32,000 bases of DNA from Candidatus Thorarchaeota archaeon (GCA_008080745.1 SHMX01000009.1:1-32000); one strand, 5' to 3'; numbered from the stretch's first letter, positions 1-10,012 are shown. Translations and numbers: made by a program. The notes: generated by a model not told the origin, from the letters alone.

Positions 1-2
1 TT

Positions 3-674
3 CAAGATGCGGCTAAGATATTCTTCGAAGGAATCTTGCCTGCTGAAGCTAAGACCTTCAAGGATGGACTGGAACTCATCACCTATGCAAAGGAACAGGC
101 TCAGGGTCTTATCGATGCTGGCGTATCCACTCAGATAATCTCTGAACTGGTTCTGAAACAGGCTGCTGGCCATATACAGTTTGATGCAATTATAGAGGTA
201 GTAGCTCCCGGATATGGTACTATCATCTACACTCATGGTCCTAATGGTATAACTCGGTGGAACTCACAAGGTAAAATGATTCGAAACACCGATGCAACTG
301 GTATCATTCCTATGGATCAACAAGCATGGTCAAATGGAGCCCCTCAGGGGTTGACGCGTGTCAATGTGTATGATGTACAACCTGATGGTACGTTTCTTGC
401 ATCTCATCATATCCTTGACTCTGCACTAGGGTCTGCAATTCTATCGTCTGTTAGTTCATCCGACCTAAAGGTAAATCTCAATGATTATTGTAGAAGGAAC
501 TCTATTGGGGGCGCAGAAAAAGAAAGACTCGTTAGTATCCGAGAACTAATAGATGCTACATTCGTAGAAGGCTCTTCAAAATTCTGCTATGATATCCTAG
601 TTGCCGCAGTTCTCAACTCACCAGTGGAACACCACCATCTCGGACCAACCCAGTGTTCAGGGGACATCAAGTGA
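3..674 (+). CDS. Hypothetical protein, C-terminal part (frame is open to the window edge)
   Basis: The frame of ORF 36..674 has no stop back to position 3 (QDAAKIFFEGILPAEAK...). No family recognised. Confidence 0.6.
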   Translation, partial: QDAAKIFFEGILPAEAKTFKDGLELITYAKEQAQGLIDAGVSTQIISELVLKQAAGHIQFDAIIEVVAPGYGTIIYTHGPNGITRWNSQGKMIRNTDATGIIPMDQQAWSNGAPQGLTRVNVYDVQPDGTFLASHHILDSALGSAILSSVSSSDLKVNLNDYCRRNSIGGAEKERLVSIRELIDATFVEGSSKFCYDILVAAVLNSPVEHHHLGPTQCSGDIK

Positions 675-744
675 AACGGACCTATTAGTTCAGCAATCAT
701 AATTTATAGAGGTGGTCTGCTAATCATTGTAACGTGGTGGAGTA

Positions 745-1540
745 ATGTCAAAGAAACCGAAATACTGGGACTCGTGGAAAGGTCGTATTCTTCGTGCTAT
801 TATTCTTGACAAGTTAGAAACATGGACTGAAGTAAGAGAGAGGGCAGGACTGGAACAACGGCAGATGTTTAAAGTTGTCCGCGAATTGCAGCGATTGGGC
901 ATACTAGAATACTTGGATGACAAAAGATTTCGAATGTAGATGCAGCTATTCAGAGTGCATATGAGAGCACTCAAGAAGAAGTCCCCGTTAAAGAGGTCCC
1001 AAGAACAACTCAAGAGCATGTCAAATGGATTGCATCATGGATTGAACATGAGAAGATTGATGCATCTCTTGAGAAGAATCACTTCTTTCTAAGTGGGAAG
1101 GAATTGACAGAAATCACAAGTAAACTAATGGATAAGGCAAAACACACTCTCTATGTAGCTAATCCATTTGTGGAGGGTGCAACCCTAGGCAAATGTCTTC
1201 GAAACGCTGCTAAGCGAGGAGTCAAGGTACTTCTAATCTCAAGACGTCCTGTTGATGATCCGAAGAAATGGGAGTTTCACAAAACACTTACAGCTGAGAA
1301 AGTATTGATGTACTATTCAGGCGGTTATGGCGGTGCTGGTGGTATCCATTCTAAACTCGTCATTATTGATGAAGAAGTAGCTATTATCTCGTCCATGAAC
1401 TTTACTGCAAATTCTGAGGCTTTAACTTGGAAACTGGCATTGTCACAGTGGATAAAGATGTGGTAGTAACGGCTCTTCAATCAATTCTTGACATTATAGA
1501 TGAGAATGAAACCACACTTGCCCAAGATGTTCATCGATAA
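745..1540 (+). pseudogene. wHTH + phospholipase D-like (HKD) domain protein, two frameshifts
   Basis: 745..939 is an HTH-like N-terminus. The next frame is open 921..1466 and carries IHSKLVIIDEEVAIISSMNF (HxKxxxxD...SxN). A third frame from ~1430 gives ETGIVTVDKDVVVTALQSILDII...HR* (TAA 1538-1540), the expected PLD C-terminal strand and helix. Confidence 0.7.
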
Positions 1541-1684
1541 TGTGCAATACTGTTATAATCCCTCGATAGCAATTTTCCATCCAAGCTAGCTAGACTACAA
1601 AAAAGCGGCAAATTTCATCCAAAAATCAGCGTTCGTAACCGACACTATATATTGTGACTTTTCGAGTTTCTTCGCGATGCCCGA

Positions 1685-2161
1685 ATGCCGTTTGGACGAC
1701 AGCGATACACAGCCTTTCGAGTCACAGTGGCTGACCTGAAGAGAGGAATCTACAACAAGGACCACATCGGCCACCTAGTCACTTCACCGGAGGGATTGAT
1801 TCTAAGAAGGGTGATGGTGGCTGGCCTAGTCATAGATAGATTTGCCACCGATAACAGGTCTTACGCCTACATCATGGTGGACGATACCACAGGCTACATT
1901 CGACTGCGGGGGTGAGGCAGGGAGGCTGTGATGCTGTCTGAGGTTCCGGTGAACGTATTCGTGCTGGCAATGGGACGAGTGCGTCGGCGGGAGGAAGAGA
2001 TATACCTGCATCCAGACTTTGTGAGGGTGTTTGATGATCCGGAGTTGTTCATGCTGCATTTGCTTATGCGTGAGAGGAGTATCAAACTCAATCTTAGGGA
2101 AAACGAATCAAGAGAGTCTAGAATAGGAATGAGACAGGACGTTTCTCTCTCAATACAATGA
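1685..2161 (+). pseudogene. RPA32/RPA2-like OB-fold ssDNA-binding protein, in-frame TGA and truncated
   Basis: RRVMVAGLVIDRF...YAYIMVDDTTGYIRLRG*GREAVMLSEVPVNVFVLAMGRVRRREEEIYLHPDFVRVFDDPELFMLHLL. ORFs 1685..1915 and 1928..2161 share a frame. The TGA (1913-1915) falls where homologous OB folds usually have Trp. Confidence 0.7.
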
Positions 2162-2294
2162 AGAAATGGTTCGAATCTCTGGATAGTTTTTAATGATGAT
2201 TTTATCCAAATTATTCTCTTCTCACTCTTAACAGGTCATATAGTATCAAATTGTAGAATCTCAACTGAGATCGTTCTTGATGCATCTGTGTGAT

Positions 2295-2460
2295 TACGCA
2301 TTTTTGCAAATTATGATAAATTTGCGATATGCAGATTCTCATGGAATCTGCAACACAGACGAGCGGGGGAAGGACAAAAGTTACTTACCTCTTCGTCCAC
2401 TGTTGAGCACCCTATTTTCATTTTGCATTGATTATTTGGTTGAGTGGATACTAGGTTTCA
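2295..2460 (+). repeat. 16S-trailer repeat copy 1 (lacks the rRNA part; hairpin 1 doubled)
   Basis: tacgcattttt-gcaaatt..aatttgc-gata-t-gcagattc..gaatctgc-aacacagacgagcgggggaaggac...cttcgtccactgttgagcaccc...ttggttgagtggatactaggtttc. Confidence 0.9.
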
Positions 2461-2496
2461 GATATCCAATCAATAGTGCTAACCCGGCAAAATGGA

Positions 2497-4539
2497 TCAA
2501 TTCTGTTTTTCTTCCTTCATCTCATCCAGAACCTGTTGAGTTTCTGCTAGTTCCCGCAACCTCTCATACTTCTCTCTACGAAGATGTCTGATTGTTACAA
2601 GTACAATCACAGTCGCAACTGAAAGTGATGTCAAGGTTATCGGGAAACTATGATATTGTATGACTTCAAGGAGTGGAACCTGGGGGTCTAAGGGGTTCCA
2701 TCCGTTATAGACCTCCCATCTATCAGAAATATCGTCTCCATCTGTGTCCCAGAGATTGGGGTCTGTTCCGTGAAGGTACTCGTCAAGATTCATTAGTCCA
2801 TCCTCGTCCAAGTCAAAGAATGCATCATCAATTAAGGGATTCAGACCATTAGTGATCTCCCAGTGGTCCGCCATTTGATCACCGTCTGAGTCAGAACTAG
2901 TCGGGTCTGTATTGTATATATTATACTCTTCTGCATCACTTAGAAGGTCTCCATCTGTATCATTGTCGAAACGGTCAGTTCCAATCTCGTTCTCTAGATA
3001 GTCTGGTAATGTATCCCCATCTGAGTCTCCGCAGTCTCCCAACTTGAAGAGAAACCCATTGTCAAATCCGCTGGTTTGGGAGAAGTTCTTGGAGTTAATC
3101 ACTGGAAAGTCCTCCGAAATGGTTTCCCCTACTCCAATGATACATCCATCCTCCGATAGATGTATTGCTCTTGGAGTATCTCCCTTTGACCCCCCTACAA
3201 GTACAGAGTATTGCAACGTGTTGCTGAACTTCACTACAAAACAGTCATCTAATCCTGAGTACATTGAGATATACTGTCCATATATCCGAAAATCTGTTGA
3301 TCTAGTAAATCCCCCGAGATATATTTGGCCTTTAGTATCTACACACACCTCCGATGCTTCATCCATGTTCATCCCTCCTATTAGAGTTGACCATATCAAA
3401 TTATTTTGACTACTATCGAGTCGTAAGATGAACGCATCATTCGTTCCATTCAGAGTTCCATCATACGGGTTGTCTGTCAGAGGGAAATCTTCTGAATAGG
3501 TAGTTCCACAGATGATGATCTCCTCACCTGTGGGAACGATGTTTCTTGGAAAGTCGTCATCACTTCCCCCAATTCTTAGAACGTCTGCGACATCAAATGA
3601 TCTATCCAGAGATACGATGAGGCAGTCAAATTGACCCAGTGACCCCTTAGTTTCAAAGGTCTGTAGTGGATATACTACTTCTGTTGAGTCTGTGTATCCG
3701 TATAATCTGAATATCGCCTGTGTATCGATACAGCAATCTGTACACCTATCCTCTCCATCACCTCCAATCATTCTGGAGACAACTATCGTGTCGGAGGTCA
3801 AATTCCTGATTGTGAAAAACATATCCGATACACCTCCTTTGAATCCTCCTTGGGTGCAGTTGTAGACGGGAAAATCATAACTAAAGGTAGTACCCACTAT
3901 GTATATTTCCCCTTCTTGTAACAGCCCGATTTTTGATGGAAATTCATACGAGTCTCCTCCTATCAGTGATGAATACACAATCGTTCCATTAGCGTCTACC
4001 ACTGTGATGAAGCAGTCTGAATTTTCAATCGAAGGAATTCTATTATATGTCGAGTTTACAATTGGATAATCAGTTGAATATGTGTATCCTGTAACGATGA
4101 TATTCCCGTTTGCATCAAGTGCAATGCTTGTGGGAAAATCGTCTCCGGTCCCTCCAAACCTACTCAAAGCTACGATACTGTCTTCTTCCATATCACCTTG
4201 TATGATTACACAATCATAGTCACTATTATTGCTGATTTTTTTCGCTCCTAGGAAGTCATCAGAATTGGTCCGGCACAATGCATAAATCTCCCCATTTGTA
4301 TCTTCGACGATATCTACAATTCGATCTCGGTAGTCTCCCCCAATGATAGTTGAGTAGTAAAATGGATTAGTTGGTATATTTGATTGAGATTTACAGGTAA
4401 ATATCCCTTCTAACTCTCGATCTTGCCTCTCTATTAGCGAAATGGAAACGTATACCTCTGATACCCCGATACTAACAAATAGAAAAAAAAGAAGAATGAA
4501 ATGAAACTTCTTGAATGTCATATGATATTTCTCAAACAT
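2497..4539 (-). CDS. Membrane-anchored surface protein: SBBP-type beta-propeller repeats + Asp-rich DxDxDG Ca-binding (TSP3-like) repeats + C-terminal TM
   Basis: N-terminal hydrophobic signal; repeated GGxGDDxxxSIAxD blades; DSDGDTLPD/DTDGDLLSD/DSDGDQMAD repeats; hydrophobic C-terminal helix followed by a basic tail. Confidence 0.8.
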   Translation of the reverse strand: MFEKYHMTFKKFHFILLFFLFVSIGVSEVYVSISLIERQDRELEGIFTCKSQSNIPTNPFYYSTIIGGDYRDRIVDIVEDTNGEIYALCRTNSDDFLGAKKISNNSDYDCVIIQGDMEEDSIVALSRFGGTGDDFPTSIALDANGNIIVTGYTYSTDYPIVNSTYNRIPSIENSDCFITVVDANGTIVYSSLIGGDSYEFPSKIGLLQEGEIYIVGTTFSYDFPVYNCTQGGFKGGVSDMFFTIRNLTSDTIVVSRMIGGDGEDRCTDCCIDTQAIFRLYGYTDSTEVVYPLQTFETKGSLGQFDCLIVSLDRSFDVADVLRIGGSDDDFPRNIVPTGEEIIICGTTYSEDFPLTDNPYDGTLNGTNDAFILRLDSSQNNLIWSTLIGGMNMDEASEVCVDTKGQIYLGGFTRSTDFRIYGQYISMYSGLDDCFVVKFSNTLQYSVLVGGSKGDTPRAIHLSEDGCIIGVGETISEDFPVINSKNFSQTSGFDNGFLFKLGDCGDSDGDTLPDYLENEIGTDRFDNDTDGDLLSDAEEYNIYNTDPTSSDSDGDQMADHWEITNGLNPLIDDAFFDLDEDGLMNLDEYLHGTDPNLWDTDGDDISDRWEVYNGWNPLDPQVPLLEVIQYHSFPITLTSLSVATVIVLVTIRHLRREKYERLRELAETQQVLDEMKEEKQN

Positions 4540-4580
4540 TTCCGAAACCTCATTTCATATCTGCTTTATCATGGCTAACT

Positions 4581-6035
4581 TTACAATGTCACTCCTTGAT
4601 TGCCTAAAATGACTGTTATATCTCCAATGTCTGGTTCTTGTGTGTCTGCACAAGCAAACGCTTGAGATACGGTGTCACCATCATCGAGGGCGTCCCAGAA
4701 TGCTTCTGTAAACGATACTCCATCTGCTTGATCAACCGCATCATCAAATGTAACTACTGCATTTTGGTATATAGTAAGGTCCCCAAAGGTTGTCTGTTTT
4801 GAGTGCCAAAGCATTTGATATGGAATACAATCCTCTTCATTTCCTAGTGATGACCACCCTGAGTAACAGTGGAGAAGATACACAAGATATCGATTTGGAA
4901 CGTTTGATGTGATATCTGACGCGTACACATAGGAGATTGGTTGTCCATCATCTATTTGAATACGATTGCATGTGCCAGTATATCCACCATGTCCGACTGA
5001 GAAGAAAACATAGCTTGACGATCTTGTTAGCCACTGACTTTTGGAAGGCTGATTAATATAGACTGCACTATTCAAATTTGAATCCAAAATGTCGTAAACA
5101 TATTCCATAATGTCATATGCCGGATCTCCTGATTCATCTCCACTATAATCTGTATTTACGCTACTTCCTTCGTACTGAATGAGATATCTTCCATCTTTGA
5201 GAAAATCACCTGTCATGGCTGAGATTCCGATCCGACCAAGTTCATTCTCAATAACCCATGTCAGTTTGGCCTCGCTAGGATTTTCAAATTGTGTTATCCA
5301 CTCAAGACTCGTTTTACAGGTTGCGGTATAGCTTGCTGGAAACAATCCAAGATTCACGGCTTTTTGTATTGCTTCACTGGATGTCACACGGCAGGATGGA
5401 TCTGCAAAGTTTTCTGTCCACTTGATAGTGAATGCTGAAACCTCTCCACTGAATGGATTCACTTTTATCCGAATATAATCATCACGACACGGAAATCCTG
5501 ATTCACATCTCTCGATCTCTACGAACCAACCATCACTCCTCTCTCTTGCTGTTGCTCCATCAATTCCACCTAGATGGTTATATTGAGTAGAGAGAAATCT
5601 GAATGCACTGCTTCGTGCTTCCTCCTCCTCTACTAGCCAACAATATGACTCTGAATTTGATACAAGCTTCGACGTATCAATGAATGAAATTAGATTATGT
5701 GAATCACATTCAATTTGGATTTTTCTCATCTGAGCTCCTCTATCCCAGATGATCGTCCAGACCTTTTTGTATGTGGTAGGATCGAAATCTTTCGCAATTC
5801 GTCTTAGAGTCCACTGGTTATCAATTCTCGCAACATAATATGCTTTCTCTATTGCTTCGACGCACTCTTGATCTAGGCCTTCAATTTGCTGCTGAAGTTT
5901 GTTGAGCATATTCCTCTCTAGTGTTGTATTCAGTATTACTTGATTAGGTTGGAAGAATCCAATCCCTACTCCTAGTACAGGCGTACAGATAATCACAACT
6001 ATCAGAATAAAAGTTCCATTCCTATGAAACTCCAT
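4581..6035 (-). CDS. Secreted protein with PepSY/YcdB-like N-terminal part and possible caspase/gingipain-fold C-terminal domain
   Basis: Signal-like N-terminus; W-x-V and IKVNPFSGEV PepSY-like strands; FFSVGHGG and LVYLLHCYSG resemble the His-Gly / Cys dyad motifs of the caspase-hemoglobinase fold. Confidence 0.5.
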   Translation of the reverse strand: MEFHRNGTFILIVVIICTPVLGVGIGFFQPNQVILNTTLERNMLNKLQQQIEGLDQECVEAIEKAYYVARIDNQWTLRRIAKDFDPTTYKKVWTIIWDRGAQMRKIQIECDSHNLISFIDTSKLVSNSESYCWLVEEEEARSSAFRFLSTQYNHLGGIDGATARERSDGWFVEIERCESGFPCRDDYIRIKVNPFSGEVSAFTIKWTENFADPSCRVTSSEAIQKAVNLGLFPASYTATCKTSLEWITQFENPSEAKLTWVIENELGRIGISAMTGDFLKDGRYLIQYEGSSVNTDYSGDESGDPAYDIMEYVYDILDSNLNSAVYINQPSKSQWLTRSSSYVFFSVGHGGYTGTCNRIQIDDGQPISYVYASDITSNVPNRYLVYLLHCYSGWSSLGNEEDCIPYQMLWHSKQTTFGDLTIYQNAVVTFDDAVDQADGVSFTEAFWDALDDGDTVSQAFACADTQEPDIGDITVILGNQGVTL

Positions 6036-6420
6036 ATTATCCTTCCTCCGAAATTATGTTTTACCCCTTTACAAATTAATATATATATATCTATATATCT
6101 TTCATAATCTCCGTCATTTAAAACAGTTTGCTCGTTGTGATTGATGTAAGGGGGTTGAACCAATTTATTTCAGTAGTGGCTAAGCCTGTTGTCCTTGGTT
6201 TCAGTCATACTATCTATGGATTTGAAACATGAATTAATAAAATCAGTCTATGAAATGGCCATTGTCTTTAGTCCGACTGGATCTAGGTCTAGAACTCTAG
6301 GGAATTCTATATGTTATTGAATTATGACTATACTGAAAAAACAAAATGAAATAACCCAAAGACTGATTTAGATAATCTAGATTGTAGTACTTGAAATTAG
6401 TTTGAATTGTAACTAGAGAA

Positions 6421-7188
6421 TTGATTGTGATGATGACAATTGCACCAAGGATGGTAGGAGATTATCCATTCAACACTGACGATGCCACTGCCTTAGTTTC
6501 ACTGCTGGATGGGAAAATTGGGGAGAATTTGAAACGGATGATGTTGGATTTCTATCCTGAAACTATTTCCCAATTATTTTCAGATCCTGAAAAATCCCGT
6601 TTGGAAGCTCTTGCAGGATATGCAAATCTTCAGAGAGCACTTCGACAGATTCAATTAGATGAATCAATTTTCTCAACTGTCCAAAACAAATATGGTTCTG
6701 TTATCTATGCGAATTTATCTTTTTCCTTGAAATCATTAGAAACTCTGATAACCCCTCTCCTGATGTCTGTTACTCAGCCCACCTCGATCGAATATGAGCT
6801 TTCTGATGAGCAATTAGATGAATTAACGGAGCAGTTGAGGTCATTTGTACTCAATTCTCAAGACTTTCCCGATGCTACTCGATTGAAGGAAACAGGAAAC
6901 CAGGACCTATTGTCCGAACTGGTAATGGCGTTCAATATTGGATTATTCATTGTCCTCGTCTTTCTGGTGATCAATTTAGCCAAATCCAAACATGAATTAT
7001 CTGACGTGCAGATATCCGAAATTGAAACTCTCCTTCGTGATTGGTCTCAAGAAGTCCTAGCTCAACTCACTCTCTTCGGACCTGTGAAACCTCAAGATGT
7101 ACACACTATTAGCTTGGTTGGAATTGATGCTGATGAAGAGGATGTAGAGCTTGCTGATTCATTCTCTGGATATGTAGATGAGGAGTAG
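6421..7188 (+). CDS. Hypothetical protein overlapping the mazF start; candidate non-canonical partner
   Basis: 255-aa ORF with a hydrophobic stretch and acidic tail; overlaps the mazF ORF by 11 nt. Confidence 0.65.
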   Translation: MIVMMTIAPRMVGDYPFNTDDATALVSLLDGKIGENLKRMMLDFYPETISQLFSDPEKSRLEALAGYANLQRALRQIQLDESIFSTVQNKYGSVIYANLSFSLKSLETLITPLLMSVTQPTSIEYELSDEQLDELTEQLRSFVLNSQDFPDATRLKETGNQDLLSELVMAFNIGLFIVLVFLVINLAKSKHELSDVQISEIETLLRDWSQEVLAQLTLFGPVKPQDVHTISLVGIDADEEDVELADSFSGYVDEE

Positions 7189-7555
7189 ATTGATAGTGTC
7201 CTCTCCATCATCTTTCAATGTTGGAGATATTGTATTTGTAGATTTAGAACCTGTAAAGGGGCATGAACAGGGCAGAAATCGTCCTTGTGTAGTTGTTGCA
7301 ATTCCCACCAAGCAATCCTCTGGCCGAGGGCATTTTAATCTCCTTATAGTGGTCCCTCTAACATCACGTGAGCGGAGATGGTGGACTGTGGTCAAAATCC
7401 CTAATCAATCTGGACTTATTTCAGTATCTTATGCACTCTGTCATCAGATTCGGTCTATTTCCACAAAACGTGTTTTGAATACCACAGGTGCGATTCGGAA
7501 TAAAGATCTTATGAAGATTCGAATTGTCTTGGGTGGTGTACTCTCGATTCCCTAA
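7178..7555 (+). CDS. mazF: MazF/PemK family endoribonuclease toxin
   Basis: GDIVFVDLEPVKGHEQGRNRPCVVV, IVVPLTS, SYALCHQIRSIS: PemK/MazF signature motifs. Confidence 0.92.
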   Translation: MRSRLIVSSPSSFNVGDIVFVDLEPVKGHEQGRNRPCVVVAIPTKQSSGRGHFNLLIVVPLTSRERRWWTVVKIPNQSGLISVSYALCHQIRSISTKRVLNTTGAIRNKDLMKIRIVLGGVLSIP

Positions 7556-7696
7556 ATCACCTCCTACGCATTTCATGCAAATTTCCAAGAAATTTGCGAT
7601 AACATACAGACGAGCGGGGGTCGGACAAACAGTTACTTGCCTCTTCGTCCACTGTTGAGCACCCTTTCATTTTCTTTATTCTTGTCAGGATGAGTG
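7556..7696 (+). repeat. 16S-trailer repeat copy 2 (starts at ATCACCTCCT directly after the mazF stop)
   Basis: atcacctcctacgcatttcat-gcaaattt..aaatttgc...cagacgagcggggg...cttcgtccactgttgagcaccc. Confidence 0.9.
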
Positions 7697-7787
7697 AAGG
7701 TCAAAATTTTATCAATTCTGATTCTATCTCCCTAAAACTTTTTTAATAACTCTCATCATTATTGTTATACATTCTGGTGGGATTTGA

Positions 7788-9158
7788 TTGCAAATAGAAG
7801 TATACTTTGCTCAACTACGTAAGAGAGTGGACTGGATAGGACCCAAGTGCCTTATTGCAATGATCGGTCTATCCTTGGTACTGCTAATTGCTACCGTTGA
7901 AACGTCTCTCATTGAGGAGCCATTTGATTTCTCCACAACCCTTTCAAGCATCGGTGTTGTAGCATCTGTCTTCACCTTCGGAATCCCCTTTTCAATTGGA
8001 GCTGTGGTGATGTGGACTACACCAAAAGCTCACCAATCCATGTTGCGCACAGAACCAACCTCCTCATACATAAGAAGAACCTATCTCTCTCGGTTGATTC
8101 TCTCAACAGGACTGTCTTTCTCTGTTCTCTTCATCGGTGCCCTCGTCGGATTTGTGATCTATGGTGGAGATTTCACCTATTTCCCCTCGGTTCTTGTAGC
8201 CTCTCTTCTGGTTGGCATGATGCTTACTCTCTTGGTCTTTTCCCTTGCTCTATACTTGGACTCGCCAAAGTACACTCTTGTGATATCCACCTTGTTGTTC
8301 CTGTTTCTATCCTTTGAATTTGGTTGGTCTCCTCGGTCTGCAGATGACATATTCTCTCTCTGTACTCCGTATCATCTTTTCAGATATCTTGCTGTAATCC
8401 TGTCTGGATACCAATTTCCTCATGAGCAGGCAATGGAGCACTACATGGGAGTATATGCTGACTTCACCGTTCTACTAGGTCCTCTTCTGCTGTGGAGCAT
8501 AGCATCTGTGTTCTCAATCCTCGGATCATTATATCTGTTGAAGGGGAATATGATGCAATGGAGGAAGGAGTCATCTACGTGGGATGATGGAGCCCTTGGT
8601 TCAATGGAATCTCAACCTTCAGGTATGGTCGTTCATACTCATAAAAGAATCAAGATCATGGCAATGTTGATCGTGATACTCTTTTCGGCAGCTACCATAT
8701 TCAATACAGTCCTAATTCCTGCTGGTAGACAGATTCCAGAGGAGTTCTATCTCTATCAGAGTCCGGAAACGGGGGAACCAATCACTCTTGGCTCATGGAT
8801 GTACGATTCAGTCTACATCTCAGACACCCTTCTCTCACAGACAGATGGTTTCACATTGATGGTCACTATTCTGGAATGGGGTGGATATAGTGGGGATGAT
8901 GGCCTCCAAGTCAAGTATGATATGGTTTCTCTCTCAGTATCACAATTCGAAGCGATGAACGAAACTGAACGTGAAGATGCTATTTATCCCACTTCTCGAG
9001 GTCTAACTCCCGATAGACCCGCAACAGGTCCTGGCGTGCAACATTCGATAGATGATGCTGGCACCTATCTATGGGCTTTTCGATTTACGGATACATCTAA
9101 CGAAACTGCTGCCTATACCATAGTAGTGTTCATTGAAATATACTTCAATCCTGTCTAA
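7788..9158 (+). CDS. Multi-pass membrane protein (ABC-2 permease-like) with C-terminal extracellular domain
   Basis: About 7 hydrophobic segments, a PYHLFR loop, and a soluble C-terminal ~140 aa. No ABC ATPase is adjacent. Confidence 0.55.
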   Translation: MQIEVYFAQLRKRVDWIGPKCLIAMIGLSLVLLIATVETSLIEEPFDFSTTLSSIGVVASVFTFGIPFSIGAVVMWTTPKAHQSMLRTEPTSSYIRRTYLSRLILSTGLSFSVLFIGALVGFVIYGGDFTYFPSVLVASLLVGMMLTLLVFSLALYLDSPKYTLVISTLLFLFLSFEFGWSPRSADDIFSLCTPYHLFRYLAVILSGYQFPHEQAMEHYMGVYADFTVLLGPLLLWSIASVFSILGSLYLLKGNMMQWRKESSTWDDGALGSMESQPSGMVVHTHKRIKIMAMLIVILFSAATIFNTVLIPAGRQIPEEFYLYQSPETGEPITLGSWMYDSVYISDTLLSQTDGFTLMVTILEWGGYSGDDGLQVKYDMVSLSVSQFEAMNETEREDAIYPTSRGLTPDRPATGPGVQHSIDDAGTYLWAFRFTDTSNETAAYTIVVFIEIYFNPV

Positions 9159-9288
9159 TCATCTGAATTAGTAATCGATAAATGCAGGAGTTTTCCCGTT
9201 ACTAATAATATTTATTAGATAGATAATAATATTCTGTTAGTGTGGTTGGAATTGAAATGTTTCGTAGATACGAGATGTTATTCTTATC

Positions 9289-9960
9289 ATGGGAAATGAG
9301 ATTATGAAATTAGGAAGAATACCTACTCGTGTAGGTGCTATGCTATTTGTAGTTCTTTTTGTGATATATGCTAATCCGACTCTAGTTGCAGCTACATTTG
9401 GTGGAAGTGACACTCCAAGTTATGATGTATCTTCTGGAAGTGGAGGAGAATATGATATTGTTCGTGCGAATTCTGCCAATGGTGTTTGTGAAATTCGTGT
9501 TAAAGAAAAGAGTTGGCCTGCATCCTACCCGGATGACTACGTAGGATATGCATACGTTGGTGTGGAATTTGTTCCTACCGAGGATATCGGTAACAACTGG
9601 AAGCTTATGGCCAGTTGGGATTTGGAATATGAACTGAAAGCAAATTGGTGGAGTTGCATTCGAATTGATGTGGTACATTCTGTTCGTGATGAGAATTACA
9701 ACAGACTCTGGCCTTCCCAATCCAAATATAGTGTTGAACTAGCATCAACTGGTATATTCTATGAATCTACAGGTGCTGATTACTCGGGTTCCACAACTGC
9801 ACAGTGGGGTATTGATTTGGATGAAGGCGAAACATACTATTTCTGCATAGAGTTGCTGATTACTGTAGTAAATGGTGGTGCAGTATTTGCTACTAGCTAC
9901 TATGATTCCGACGATCCTGTGTCTTTGACAGTTAATTCCATTTCGTGGAGCTATCTCTAG
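9289..9960 (+). CDS. Secreted hypothetical beta-rich protein
   Basis: Signal peptide (AMLFVVLFVIYANPTLVAA) followed by a Ser/Tyr/Trp-rich domain. Confidence 0.7.
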   Translation: MGNEIMKLGRIPTRVGAMLFVVLFVIYANPTLVAATFGGSDTPSYDVSSGSGGEYDIVRANSANGVCEIRVKEKSWPASYPDDYVGYAYVGVEFVPTEDIGNNWKLMASWDLEYELKANWWSCIRIDVVHSVRDENYNRLWPSQSKYSVELASTGIFYESTGADYSGSTTAQWGIDLDEGETYYFCIELLITVVNGGAVFATSYYDSDDPVSLTVNSISWSYL

Positions 9961-9979
9961 GAATCCAAACTTTTTCTTG

Positions 9980-10012
9980 GAATCAAGATAATGATATCTT
10001 GATTCTTTTTTT
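9980..10012 (+). terminator. Hairpin + T-tract terminator-like element
   Basis: Perfect 11-bp stem gaatcaagata-atga-tatcttgattc followed by T7, 20 nt after the stop of 9289..9960. Confidence 0.6.

Noticed and set aside
3-674. Polymorphic toxin tip with downstream immunity gene
   Set aside because: No recognisable toxin motif, and the downstream gene is a wHTH-PLD pseudogene.
6078-6100. (AT)n-like tract
   Set aside because: Low-complexity AT-rich promoter region between divergent genes.
6285-6305. ctaggtctagaactctaggg as another repeat end
   Set aside because: Too short and lacks the adjacent gttgagtg motif.
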